The position numbers were made by a program, and so were the translations under genes. Of a DNA stretch of 64,000 nt, positions 1 to 11,127 are shown piece by piece. The DNA is taken from contig CAWBKP010000020.1 of NCBI GenBank assembly GCA_963789395.1, forward strand, positions 64,001 through 128,000, in the 5' to 3' direction. This DNA is from an uncultured delta proteobacterium (lineage in GTDB: Bacteria; Desulfobacterota; Desulfobacteria; Desulfobacterales; Desulfatirhabdiaceae). Under the pieces are notes generated by a model. The model was not told the origin of the DNA. It saw only the letters and a program-made list of their open reading frames with translations, and did no database searches. The first letter of the stretch is position 1; each line of letters starts with the position of its first letter.

Positions 1-1693
1 TTGCACTGGGTGCATCTTTGAAAAAAGAAATCCGGAAAAGACATGTCTCCGGACCTGGGGTGAACCGCAACCCCGCGGTTGGTGGACTCGATGCACTGAA
101 TGGCTTTCAGGGCCGCGCCGGCGGCATCTTCCATGGATTCTTCCATGGTCAGGCCGCGGCGGATGCATCCTGCCGCATAGACACCGGTTCTCTGGGTTTC
201 ATAGGGAAAGCAGATAAAATTGGAATCCGCATATCCATTAAAAATGGCGTTATCCCGGAATCCGGGTCCCTGGCGGTAAGCCAGATTCACCACCGGATCA
301 TCCACGGTCGCCGGCACCATGCCGGTACCCAGAACCACCATGTCGGCCTTTACCTGAATCTTTTCTCCCAGAAGGGTATTGTCGGCTTCAACAACCAGGC
401 CGGACCCGTTTTGAGAAACACTGGCTGACTTCTCCCTTGGTCAGGAAAATGCCGGGGTCCTGCTGCAGGCTTTTGTAGAAAAGTTCCTGAAAGTCCGGGG
501 GTTTTCATGTGCTGATAGAAAATATAGGCCTTGCCGTCCGGGTAATCCTCCCGGACATATTTGGCCTGTTTCAGCGCAACCATGCTGGTGATGGAACCCG
601 TATAGGCAAAGTCCTTGTCATCTCCCTGTCCCGGGCTTTGAATAAACACGACGGACTGGGCTTCCTTGCCGTCCGAGGGGCGCAGGATTTTGCCCTTGGC
701 AGCGATTTCTTCAAACTGGTGATTGGTGACCACATCGGCAATGGCCCCATAGCCAAGATGGGCGAATTCGCCTTCAGCGGGCAAATAGGGCCGCCAGCCG
801 GCAGCCAGAACCACGGCGCCGAATTTTTCGCCATTGGGATCCAGGGACAGAATGTCGTTTTTGCCCTTGTTGAATTCTTTATACAGCTCGTTCAGTTTGT
901 CCTTATCCAGTTCCTTGCCGTTTTCATCCACTTTCATTTCCGGCGGCAGCGGAAACGGAACGTCAAATTCCAGCGCTTCGCCGGGTTTTTTCAGGGTCAC
1001 GGTAAAATCGCCGGGTTGTCCGGCAATACGGGCTACGGTTGTGTTCGGTTTTTACCGTGATGTTGGAGAAGGATTCGACTTCACGGATTTTATCCGCAAT
1101 CACCGGGGAAATCAGGCTTCGTATAGGGCTGGTTGACCGGCAGTTGTTTGCGGATTTTGGCGGCATATCCGCCGAGCTTGGCTTCTTTTTCAACGATGGT
1201 GACATCGTAGCCGACTTTTGCCGCATCCAGGGCCGCGGAAATGCCGGTGATGCCGCCGCCGATGACCAGAATCTTTCTTGGTAAAATTTTCCAGCTTGTA
1301 AGGTTCGGGGAGTTGAATTTTTTCAACCTTGACCATGCCCATCTTGAGATAATCATTGGCCAGCATCTGGGTATGGTTGATTTCAAGGGATTTGTCGCCT
1401 TTGGGATGGGACCATACCACCTGTTCTCTCAGGTTCACCCGATCCACGATGCATCCGTCAAAACGGAAAATATCAAAATTGACCCGGCGGGAGCAGGCTG
1501 CGATGACCAGGGTATTGACGCCTTCTTCGCTGATGTCTTTTTTAAGCATGTCAACGCCGTCCTTGCCGCAAAGAAACGGATGGGTCTTGGCTGTTTTGCG
1601 TGCTTTTTTGACCGTAGCGCACAGGCCGTCAATGTCCAGGGAATCTCCGATTCCGCAACCCGTGCAGATATAAACGCCATATTTTTTATCCAT
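1..1693 (-). CDS. qmoB: QmoB, HdrA-like flavoprotein of the Qmo complex; runs off the left window edge; several frameshifts
   Basis: Fragments give MDKKYGVYICTGCGIG, AACSRR, DRVNLRE, ILVIGGGITGISAALDAA (FAD), VVFIQS..SITSMVALKQAKY and, read by hand at 1-350, FPYETQRTGVYAAGC..HPRSGD..FQRCTQC. Follows qmoA and aprA. Confidence 0.92.
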
Positions 1694-1703
1694 GGTTAAC
1701 CTC

Positions 1704-2982
1704 CTACCTCCTTACCAGAGTTTGAATGGCTTTAAGGGCCATGCCCGTCGCATTCTGATTGGATGACACCACATCCGCAGGCTTATTGGCGCATCCAGCA
1801 GCAAACATTCCGCCTTTGACAAAGTCGTTCACGATAAAGCCGTCTTCCGTATAGGTCAGATCGGCCGGAAGTTTGGCAAGGGCCGCTGTCGGCTGCATAC
1901 CGGTTGCCAGGACGACCATATCCACGGTCTGGCGGATTTTCTCGCCGGTTACGGCGTTTTCAGCCACGACCGTAACATTGCGGGAACTGGAGTCTTCGCT
2001 GACTTCGGCGACTTTTCCCTTGATAAAGAAGACATTTTTGTCCGCCTTGATATTCTCGTAGAATTTTTCGTAGCGGTAACCCGGGGTGCGAAGATCGATA
2101 TAGAAAATATAGATCTTGGCATCCGGATACTGTTCGCGGATGTAGGTGACGTGTTTGAGGGAGGCCATGCAGCAGATATAGGAGCAGTACGGCAGATGGT
2201 TTTCATCCCGGGAGCCGGCGCACTGGACAAAGGCAATGCTTTCCGGCGCTTTCTGGTCCGAGGGCCGGGTGATCTTGCCGCAGGTGGGGCCGTTGGTGGA
2301 GGCCAGTCTTTCCAGCATCATGTTGGTGATGATATTGGGATAGCGGCCAAAGCCGAGATTGTCGATCTTGCCGGCATCGTAAGGCGCCCAGCCGGTTGCC
2401 CACACCACGGCGCCGACTTTCAGGTTGATGGTTTTGGCGGCCATGTCCAGATCAATCGCGTCATATTTGCAGGCTTCCTTGCACCGCTTGGCATCTTCGG
2501 TGCCGATGATCTGCGGGGCAAGAACAAAACGGGCCGGCATGGACAGGTCATTGGGAAGATAGGCGCCCTTGATCTTGTTCATGCCGAAATTGAAATCCGA
2601 TGAGATTTCCGTCTGACAGGCCGCTGCGCAATCGCCGCAGCAGGTGCAGTTTTCATTGACATACCGGGGGTTGATGCGGATGCTGGCATCGTAATTTCCG
2701 GGAGCTGCCGCTGATTTTCTCGACTTCGGCCAGTGTCAGCACTTTGATTTTGGGATTGTCCTTGATTCTTCGAAAATTGATCTCAAGGCCGCAGGACGGA
2801 GGACATAGCTTGGGGAAATACTGATTCAACTGCGCTACTCTTCCGCCCAGGTAAGGATTTTTTTCGACCAGGAACACCTCGTATCCCACTTCGGCAGCTT
2901 CGATGGCAGTGGTCAGTCCGCTGATCCCGCCACCAACTACCAAAATGCTTCCACTAGCAGGGGCTGCTTTGTCTGCTGTCAT
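1704..2982 (-). CDS. qmoA: QmoA flavoprotein; one frameshift near 2700
   Basis: ILVVGGGISGLTTAIEAAEVG..YFPKLCPPSCG joins (other frame) CTCCGDCAAAC and FVQCAGSRDENHLPYCSYICCMASLK. Lies directly downstream of aprA. Confidence 0.93.
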
Positions 2983-3028
2983 GCTATCCCTCCGTGCATT
3001 ATAAGGTTTGGGTTTGTTTTTCTGTTAC

Positions 3029-3109
3029 AAGTTTTAAGTGTTAGGTTTTAAGTTTTGATGGCGATGTTGCCCGTGTCAGGCTTAAAACTTAAAACTTAAA
3101 ACTTAAAAC
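3029..3109. repeat. Inverted heptamer tandem repeats, (AAGTTTT)x~4 facing (AAAACTT)x~4
   Basis: aagtttt-aagtgtt-aggtttt-aagtttt at 3029-3056; ctt-aaaactt-aaaactt-aaaactt-aaaac at 3081-3109. The two arrays are reverse complements. Confidence 0.85.
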
Positions 3110-3116
3110 ATGGTTT

Positions 3117-3153
3117 AAAAAAAACCTCCAGGCATCCGAAGATACCTGGAGGT
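3117..3153 (-). terminator. Rho-independent terminator after aprA
   Basis: Minus strand reads acctccaggtatc-ttcg-gatgcctggagg followed by a long T run (cUUCGg loop), about 40 nt after the aprA stop. Confidence 0.88.
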
Positions 3154-3194
3154 GTAATTATCCTGCTAAACTACGTCAATGGGTGTTTCCATGA

Positions 3195-5168
3195 TTAGGC
3201 AATCAGTTTGATGTAGTCTTTCTTGAAGACATCCCATTTGCCCGCTGCCGGATCATACTTGGAGTTGACAAAGCAGAACCAGTTGGCGTCATCCTGTCCG
3301 GGATAATCGGCCTGATAATAGAATCCGGGATAACGGGTTTCTTTCCGGAACTGGATGTGACGAAGGTGAGCTTCGACCGTCCAGATGCGGTGATAGATTT
3401 CCCAGGCTCTCATCAGTTCATGAAGGTCGCCGGCAGCCAGTTTCTCGCAGTCTTCGCGCATGGTGGCCAGAAGGTCCATGACGATTTCAAGGCTCTTGGA
3501 GCTGGTCTGATAGAATGTAGCCGTTCCAGCGCCGTATTCATGGGTGGCCTTCATCAGGCGAAGGGCCATGCCGGAGGGTTTGACATAGTTGGGGTTAATA
3601 TCAACCGCAGTGGTGTAAGCGCAGTTGTCAAGATAGGTTCTGACCGGTTTGTAAACCATGTCAACCAGTTCTTTGGCGGACTGTTTGATGGCGGGTTTGA
3701 AATCCGCATTGTCGCGAACGAATTTCACCATCTGTTTGGCAACCATACGGCCTTCGGCATGGGAGCCGGAGGAGAATTTGTGGCCGGAGCAGCCAACGCC
3801 GTCACCTGAGGTAAAGAGACCGACGACAGTGGTCATGCGGTTATAAACTTTGCCTTTGTGGCCCCATTTGTAAGAAGCCGGGACCCAGTCTTCATCCGGA
3901 CCGGAAACCCACATACCGCAGCAGCCGGAGTGTGAACCCAGAAGATACGGTTCGGTCGGCATAACTTCGGAGTTTTTCTTTTCAGGTTCGGTGTTGGTGG
4001 CGCACCACAGGTTGGCCTGACCGCAGGTCATATCCAGGAAGTCTTCCCATGCTTCGGACTCAAGGTGTTTGAGTTCTTTCTTGTCCATGGTTTTTCCAAG
4101 AGCTGCCAGAGCCGTAACCGTATCCATGATGATCGGGCCGCGTCCTGCCTTCATTTCAAACAGCATCAGGTGGTTACGCAGACAGGTCGGGGTAACGGCG
4201 GCCGTGCCGTAAGGCGCGTATTTTTCCAGTTCTGCCTTGGCGGCGTCGCTGGCTGCAAAATTTTCACCCAGACCATTGAGGGTCTTGGCTTTGAACAGCA
4301 GGAACCATGCACCAACCGGGCCGTAACCGTCTTTAAAACGGGCCGGGGTGAAACGGTTTTCCATCATGGAAAGTTCGGCGCCGACTTTCATGGCCATGGT
4401 GTAGGTGGAACCGGCGTTCCATACCGGATACCATGCGCGGCCTTTGCCTTCACCGACGGAACGGGGCTGATAAATATTGACAGCGCCGCCGCAGGCAACC
4501 ATGATGGTTTTGGCTTTGATGATATAAACGATGTTTTCACGAACCGAGAAACCCACTGCGCCGGCAACCTGATTGGCGTTGTTGGCGTCCAGCAGCAGCT
4601 CGACGATGAAGCAGCGTTCAATGATATTGTCCATTCCCAGAGCCGTCTTGGCAGCTTCAGCAACGATTCTCTTGTAAGATTCGCCGTTGATCATGATCTG
4701 CCATTTGCCGGTGCGAACCGGTGTGGCCCCGCCTTTCAGGGAGCCCATTTCAAGGCCTTTTTTGCCGTCCAGGGTTTTTCCGGCTTCGTCTTTTTTCCAG
4801 ATCGGAAGGCCCCATTCTTCAAACAGATGAACAGAGTCATCCACGTGGCGGCCAAGGTCGAAAATAAGGTCTTCGCGAACCAGACCCATCAAGTCGTTAC
4901 GAACCATCCGGACATAGTCTTCCGGGCTGTTGGTGCCGATATAGGTGTTGATGGCGGAAAGGCCCTGTGCTACGGCGCCGCTTCTGTCCATGGCGGCTTT
5001 GTCGCAAAGCAGGATCTTGGTGTCGTCGGATGCCCATTTTTTGACTTCAAATGCCGTGCCGCAGGCTGCCATGCCGCCGCCGACAATCAGAATATCAACT
5101 TCGCGTTCTACAACTTTTGGATCTCTTTCGGCCTTGGTTTCACCCAAAATTTTGTTCGGTAATGCCAT
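3195..5168 (-). CDS. aprA: Adenylylsulfate (APS) reductase alpha subunit
   Basis: 657 aa; RSGAVAQGLSAINTY, WQIMINGESYK, ENRFTPARFKDGYGPVGAWF, SGHKFSSGSHAEGR, ETRYPGFYY. Confidence 0.99.
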   Translation of the reverse strand: MALPNKILGETKAERDPKVVEREVDILIVGGGMAACGTAFEVKKWASDDTKILLCDKAAMDRSGAVAQGLSAINTYIGTNSPEDYVRMVRNDLMGLVREDLIFDLGRHVDDSVHLFEEWGLPIWKKDEAGKTLDGKKGLEMGSLKGGATPVRTGKWQIMINGESYKRIVAEAAKTALGMDNIIERCFIVELLLDANNANQVAGAVGFSVRENIVYIIKAKTIMVACGGAVNIYQPRSVGEGKGRAWYPVWNAGSTYTMAMKVGAELSMMENRFTPARFKDGYGPVGAWFLLFKAKTLNGLGENFAASDAAKAELEKYAPYGTAAVTPTCLRNHLMLFEMKAGRGPIIMDTVTALAALGKTMDKKELKHLESEAWEDFLDMTCGQANLWCATNTEPEKKNSEVMPTEPYLLGSHSGCCGMWVSGPDEDWVPASYKWGHKGKVYNRMTTVVGLFTSGDGVGCSGHKFSSGSHAEGRMVAKQMVKFVRDNADFKPAIKQSAKELVDMVYKPVRTYLDNCAYTTAVDINPNYVKPSGMALRLMKATHEYGAGTATFYQTSSKSLEIVMDLLATMREDCEKLAAGDLHELMRAWEIYHRIWTVEAHLRHIQFRKETRYPGFYYQADYPGQDDANWFCFVNSKYDPAAGKWDVFKKDYIKLIA

Positions 5169-5253
5169 GTTATATCCTCCTCAAAAATTATATTTGATTC
5201 AAAGAGATGATCGAATAAATAATCCGATGCTGATGGGTTAGACCAATGTCGGT

Positions 5254-5673
5254 TTAAGCAATTTGCATGCCGTCTGCTTCTTCTGTTGAAAGCAGCTGGC
5301 TGTCCAGGTCTTTGCCTTTCAGGGACAGATAACCATTGGCCTGGCCTTCCGGAGTGGTGCGGATGGGGAACTTGAAGCGTTTGATGGTTCCGTTTCTGAA
5401 CTTGCAGGTCCAGACAACATCTTCGGTGCTCATCAGCGGCATGATGCTGCTTCCCAGCGGTACGAAATCGGAATAGCCACGGACTTCAATGGCCTGGGTG
5501 GGGCAAATCTTTACGCAGGAAAAACATTCCCAGCACTGATCGGGTTCCTGATTGTACGCTTTCATGGCGTTGGGATCGAGAACCATCAGGTCATTGGGGC
5601 AAATGTACATACATGCGGTTTTGTCTCCGCCTTTGCAACCATCACATTTTTCTGCAATTACAAAACTTGGCAT
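5254..5673 (-). CDS. aprB: APS reductase beta subunit
   Basis: MPSFVIAEKCDGCKG..CMYICPND..CWECFSCVKICP..KRFKFPIRTTPEG; GGAGG ribosome site. Confidence 0.99.
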   Translation of the reverse strand: MPSFVIAEKCDGCKGGDKTACMYICPNDLMVLDPNAMKAYNQEPDQCWECFSCVKICPTQAIEVRGYSDFVPLGSSIMPLMSTEDVVWTCKFRNGTIKRFKFPIRTTPEGQANGYLSLKGKDLDSQLLSTEEADGMQIA

Positions 5674-5946
5674 TTAAAATACCTCCATTGTTTGTTGGCT
5701 TTTCATAAGTTCAAGTTAATACGCGAATGCAAATTCCGGTAGCACTAAGATTAGGTCTGTTCAGCACCTCCCTTCATTTCTCTGCGGCCGCTGCTGTAGG
5801 CCGCTGTCTAATTTGCAGCGAATGGGTTAAAAGTGCTCAATTAAAGGAAAAAAATGAAATCGACTTGATATAACCATCTGGAATTTATCTCAAATGGCAT
5901 GGTAATTACTTTAAATTACAACACAATAATATCATATAAGGTTACA

Positions 5947-5975
5947 TGAATATCACCCGGTGTTTTTCTTGTCAA
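5947..5975 (-). promoter_or_regulatory. Candidate sigma70 promoter for aprBA
   Basis: TTGACA (5975-5970), 17-nt spacer, TGn-TATTCA; the -10 is imperfect. Confidence 0.4.
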
Positions 5976-6295
5976 GCACTTTTGGAAATAGTCGCAGATT
6001 CGAATGCAATCAAATTCCGTGGATGTCCGCAGGGGATTCACCGCGGTTTTCGCGGTAAATATCTTGCCAAAAAAATAATAACTCCATAATATTCAGCCTC
6101 AGATCCATTCATGACACGATATTGCTGGCAAAATGTCTTGCGAATAACGATGATAACGCCATCATATTGGTAACCGTATGGAAATGTATAATTCGGGCGA
6201 TATAAAGATCAAGATTGAAACTAACGGGATATTGGCATCCTCAGGATGTCGTCATTTCTTCGAAAAGAACCATAATCATCAATAATAGGGTAGTT

Positions 6296-7154
6296 ATGAC
6301 CACAACCGCATCGGATTGCAATTTGTTTACAGGCGCAAAGCGCTATGTTCTGGATGAAGAGCTGGCAAGAATCGTCAATATCTCGATGGCGCTGGAAATG
6401 CCGCTGCTTTTAAAAGGAGAGCCGGGGACCGGCAAGACCATGCTGGCCCATGCCATTGCAGAGGTTCTTCAGATGCCGCTGATCATTCTCAATGTCAAAT
6501 CCAGCATGAAACTGGTGGAAGCCCTGTATCAGTACGACACCCTGACGCGCCTCAATGACAGCCGGTTCGGCGACTCCAAGCGGGATGTCAGCAATATCGA
6601 GGATTATATCAAGATGGGAAAAATCGGCCAGGCATTTACCGCCGATACCCGAACGGTGCTGCTGATCGATGAAATCGACAAGGCGGATACGGATTTTCAG
6701 GACGACATGCTGGATGTCCTGGATCAGATGGAATTTGATATCATTGAAATCGATAAAACCATCCAGGCCAGACACCGGCCGGTGTTCATCATTACCTCCA
6801 ACGCCAAGAAAGACCTTTCGGATCCGTTTCTGGGCCGGTGCAATTTTCATCATATCGCCTTTCCGGATCCCAAGATGATGCGCCAGATCATCAAAGTCCA
6901 TTTTCCGGAACTGGACAACGAACTGACGGAAAACGCCATTGCCGCGTTTTACAAGCTTCGGGAACTCGAGGCGGTTGAAAAACGTCCGGCGACCCGCGAG
7001 CTGATCAACTGGATTCGGGCCTTGTCCGCTGATCCCGGACTTTAAACCCAGCCGGCTGGCAAAAGGCGATGTGCCGTTTATGGGCATTCTCTTTAAAAAA
7101 AGCCAGGATTTTACCCGTGCGGCCAATGCCGTCAGCCGCAGGCGATTGTTTTAG
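6296..7154 (+). CDS. MoxR-family AAA+ ATPase; frameshift near 7040
   Basis: PLLLKGEPGTGKT, VLLIDEIDKAD, ITSN..KDLSDPFLGRC, KRPATRELINW; the tail (DVPFMGILFKKSQD) continues in another frame to TAG at 7152-7154. Confidence 0.9.
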
Positions 7155-7228
7155 GGTATCTGAGGAAGGTCGTGGCCGACTTTTTTAGCCTTCATGTACC
7201 GTTGTATGGTTACTACAGGAAAAAGCTT

Positions 7229-8421
7229 ATGTTTGTGGATTTTTTTTATCAGATCAAGGAAGCCGGCATCCCCGTCAGCCCCACTTCTTTTTTGACCCTT
7301 CACCGGGCGCTTCGGCAGGGGCTGGTCACCAGCCTGGAAGATTTTTACACGGCTTCCCGGTCCATTCTGGTGAAAAGCGAGCGGTATTTCGACGTTTTGA
7401 CCAGGTATTCGCCCACCATTTCAAGGGCGCGGAAATGCCGGATCAGGAGGGGTTCGCCCTGGATGAAATGGCCAGAAATCTGCTGGATACCTGGCTGCAG
7501 GATCCCAAACTTCTGGCCGAAGCCCTGGGCATCGATGAATCGGAACTGAAAAAAATGACGCCCGAGGAGCTCATCGAATATTTCAAGGAGCGCCTCAAGG
7601 AGCAAACTGAACGGCACGACGGCGGGAGCAAATGGATCGGCACCGGCGGCACATCCCCGGTGGGGCATTCCGGCCGTCACCCCGGCGGCATGCGGGTGGG
7701 CGGCATATCCCGGAACCGCTCCGCCGTAAAGGTCGCCATGGAGCGGCGTTACAGGGATTATTCCCTGGACGGCCCCCTGACCCAGGCCATGGTCGGTGAG
7801 GCCATCAAGCGCCTGCGCCACCTGGTTCCTTCCGGCCCCAAGGATCGGGTGAATGTGGAATCCACCATTTACCAGACCATGAAAAACGCCGGGGAAATTG
7901 AAATCGTCTTTGACCGGAGCCTGAAAGACCGGCTCAAGGTCATTCTGGCCATCGACAACGGCGGCTGGTCCATGGACCCCTATGTGGAGGTGGTGCAGAC
8001 CCTGTTTGATTACGCCAAAGCCCAGTTCAAGGACATCAAGACATTTTTTTTCCACAACACCATTTATGACACGCTCTGGAAAGATGCGTCCCGGTACAAG
8101 GAACCCAAGCGGGTGGAGGAATTCGCCGCATTTGACCCGGACACCCGGCTGATTCTGCTCGGGGATGCCAGCATGGCCCCGTATGAGCTCATGGCCAGGG
8201 ACGGCTCCATTCACATTGAAGAGCGCACGTCCAAACCCAGCATCGAGCGGCTGAAATTTCTGTCCGAAACCTTCAAGCACTGCGTCTGGCTGAATCCGGC
8301 GCCGGTCTCCATGTGGAATTACACCCCGACCATTTCGGCCATCGGCCGCATCTTCCCCATGTTTGAACTGTCCATCGACGGCCTGGAAAAAGCGGTTGCG
8401 CAACTGATGATGAAAAATTAA
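7229..8421 (+). CDS. VWA-domain (CoxE-like) partner of MoxR; frameshift near 7400
   Basis: MFVDFFYQIKEAGIPVS..KSERYFD, then ERHDGGSKWIGTGGTSPVGHSG, VILAIDNGGWSMDPY, FFHNTIYD, GDASMAPYEL, WLNP. Confidence 0.88.
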
Positions 8422-8423
8422 AG

Positions 8424-8484
8424 GAAGGGCTCGAAAAAATATCAGGAATCAACTCTTCCCGTCATTCCGACGAAGGCCGTAATC
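8424..8484 (+). repeat. Truncated copy (left half) of the MITE/REP-like element at 62961-63093
   Basis: gaagggctcgaaaaaatatcaggaatcaactcttcccgtcattccgacgaaggccgtaatc aligns colinearly with gatgaactcgtaaaaattcaggaattggcttcttccgtcattgcggcgaaagccggaatc. Confidence 0.75.
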
Positions 8485-8578
8485 ACGATTATCGCTCGAA
8501 CGCAATCGCGCAGCTGGTGCATATCGTTATTGCGGGTATATGCTCCTGTTTGATGAGAGGAAACACAGATATAACTAA

Positions 8579-9286
8579 ATGAAAGCCGTTCGTATTTCAG
8601 ATCATCATACAATCGTTTTCTTTACCGGCGCAGGTATGTCCGCCGAATGCGGTGTGCCGACGTATCGCGGAAGCGGCGGTATCTGGCATCAATACCGCTG
8701 GGAAGAATTTGCCTGCCAGGAAGCCTTTGACGCAAATCCGGAAAAAGTGCTTAAATTTCACGAACTGCGGCGAAAAAGCGTTTTTCAGTGTCAACCGCAT
8801 CCGGGGCATTATCTTCTGGCGCGGATCGAACAGGAATATCCCCGTGTTACCGTCGTGACTCAGAATATTGACGGAATGCATCAGAGAGCAGGCAGCAGGA
8901 ACGTGATTGAACTCCATGGCAGCCTGTGGCGATTGCGATGCGCAGCGCACGGAAGCTTTGAGGATATGGGAGAAACATTCAAAACCAGGAAATGCCCGGA
9001 TTGCGGGGCATGGCTCCGGCCGGACATTGTCTGGTTCGGGGATTATTTTAGTCCCGACGTAACGGATGCCGCAGCAAGCGCCATAAAAAACTGTGATCTG
9101 TTTATCAGTATCGGCACTTCCGGTGTGGTGTATCCGGCTGCCGGTTTTCCAAAGATTGCAAAAGACCGGGGGGCCCGGTGCATTGAAATCAACCCCGAAC
9201 CCAATGAAGCTTCTTATCTGTATCCTGAAACCATCCGAGAATCCGCAAGCAAGGGGTTGATGCGATTGTTTGAAGACGGCTCGTGA
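8579..9286 (+). CDS. cobB: NAD-dependent protein deacylase (sirtuin, CobB type)
   Basis: GAGMSAECGVPTYRG, TQNIDGMHQRAG, HGSL, LRPDIVWFG, GTSGVVYPAA, EINPE. Confidence 0.92.
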   Translation: MKAVRISDHHTIVFFTGAGMSAECGVPTYRGSGGIWHQYRWEEFACQEAFDANPEKVLKFHELRRKSVFQCQPHPGHYLLARIEQEYPRVTVVTQNIDGMHQRAGSRNVIELHGSLWRLRCAAHGSFEDMGETFKTRKCPDCGAWLRPDIVWFGDYFSPDVTDAAASAIKNCDLFISIGTSGVVYPAAGFPKIAKDRGARCIEINPEPNEASYLYPETIRESASKGLMRLFEDGS

Positions 9287-9294
9287 ACGGCTAT

Positions 9295-11123
9295 TTATCC
9301 GCTGCCGGACCAAAGTGCTTCTCTAAGTCCGGATTTTCTGTCTATTCTTCGTGAAACAGCACCGACAAATACTTCCTCGTTGCCCCAGATATCAACTTTC
9401 TCCTTCGCCCGGGTGATGCCGGTATAAATCAACTCGCGCGTCAGGACCGGTGAATCATTTTCGGGGAAAAGCAGGTGGACCCGGTTAAATTCGGAGCCCT
9501 GGCTTTTGTGAATCGTCATGGCAAAGACCGTCTCGTGCGCGGGAAGCCGCACCGGAGAAACTTTACGGATACCGCCGTCAGGGGCGGGGAAAAAAACACG
9601 GAGACTGCCGTCTCCTTCCCGGTCAGGGAAGGTGATTCCCACGTCGCCGTTAAACAGTTTCAGATTGTAATCGTTGACCGTGATCAGCACGGGCCTGCCT
9701 TTGTACCAGCGCTGTTGCGGATCGATCAGACCCTTTTTCCGCCAGGATTTCCTCAATCAGGATATTGATGCCGGCTACCCCGTAGGGTCCCTGGCGCAGG
9801 GCGCAGAGAACCCGGAAAGTGTCAAAAAGTCTCAAGAGCTTCCGCAGCCGTCCCTGCTGCGAGATACGTGCCGTACCCTTCAATAACGGCATCCGTCATG
9901 GCCTTTTTGAGGCCATCAGGTTTCGGCACATCGTGCCAGACAATATCGGGGAAGGCATCGCCTTTGAGTATGGCGATGGCATCCTCTCCTTTTCCGGCAT
10001 TGACCGCCCTTCCCGCAGCCCCGATCCCGCTGTCGGCAGGGAAACGGTAATTCTTCTTCAGAATAACCAGAGAATCGGCAAGCGGGGGCAATGGCTCGAC
10101 CCGGCGGTGCGGCCGGAATCCGTGCGCCTGAAGGTTCGCAAAAGAGATCGCCGAATTCAGGTGAAAATATCTCCTGTCGCCCGCCACCGCACATATCGCC
10201 GAGGACCGCCCCTGCTTCGACCGAGGCAAGCTGATCCCTGTCTCCCAGAAGAATAAGCCGGGCATCCGGTTCAAGCGCCGCTGCAAGCTTGGCCATCAGC
10301 GGCAGCGCGACCATGGATGCCTCATCGACGATGACCACATCGTACGGCAGCGGATTCTTCTCCGAATAGCGGAAGCGCACTGAACCCGGCAATTGGACCA
10401 AGAAGCCGATGGATGGTTGAAACCTCATGCAGGGATCATGCTCTTTAATGGAATCGGCACAGTCAAGCGTTTCCTTCATGGAGCTGATAGATTCCTTGAG
10501 CCGTGCCGCCGACTTGCCGGTAGGGGCTGCCAGGGCGATCCGAAGCGGATTCACCTTTGGCCTGCTCCAGAAGCAGCGCAAGGATCTTGACAACGGTTGA
10601 GGTCTTGCCGGTCCCCGGTCCGCCGGAAATGATGCAGAACTTTTTCCGCAATGCGGCTAATGCCGCCACCTTCTGCCAGTCGGCGCCTTTCTCCGCAGCA
10701 CCGGGGAAAAGCCTGTCCAGCCCATCGGCCGAAAAGCGCCTTGTCAATCATGTCACAGGCGATCGCAGCCTTATGCAGGATGACCTGCGCCAGGTCCTGC
10801 TCATACTTCCAGTAGCGGTAGAGGTAGAGTCGCCCGTCCCCGTCGAGGACCAGGGCCGGAATTCCCCGGGGGGCCGACTACCGGCGTCTCCAGCAGAGCA
10901 TGATGCAGTTTCTTGAACTCGGGGACGCTTGATCTCCTCCCCGTCAATCCGGATTTCCCTACCGGCGATATCCGCCAGATTCAGGCAGATGTTGCCATTC
11001 CCAACCGCGTTGCTCAGCAGTGAGACGACAGACTTGAGGATCGCGGATGCTCCTCCCGATTCCTTGCAGGATAAAGTCGGCAAAATGCCGATCGATTGCG
11101 TTCAGTTCGAAAACCATCGTCAC
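9295..11123 (-). CDS. recD: RecD (ExoV alpha); multiple frameshifts
   Basis: Fragments: IISGGPGTGKT, LAAPTGKSAARL, VDEASMV, LLGDRDQLASVEAG, NDYNLKLFNGDVG, AMTIHKSQGSEF, RELIYTGITRA. Confidence 0.92.
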
Positions 11124-11127
11124 TGCC

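Noticed and set aside
5700..6200. Rex operator upstream of aprBA
   Set aside because: No convincing GTGAA-N4-TTCAC palindrome found by eye.
8579..9286. Sirtuin as a SIR2 anti-phage effector
   Set aside because: It is a compact CobB-type deacylase with a zinc domain and no defence partner.
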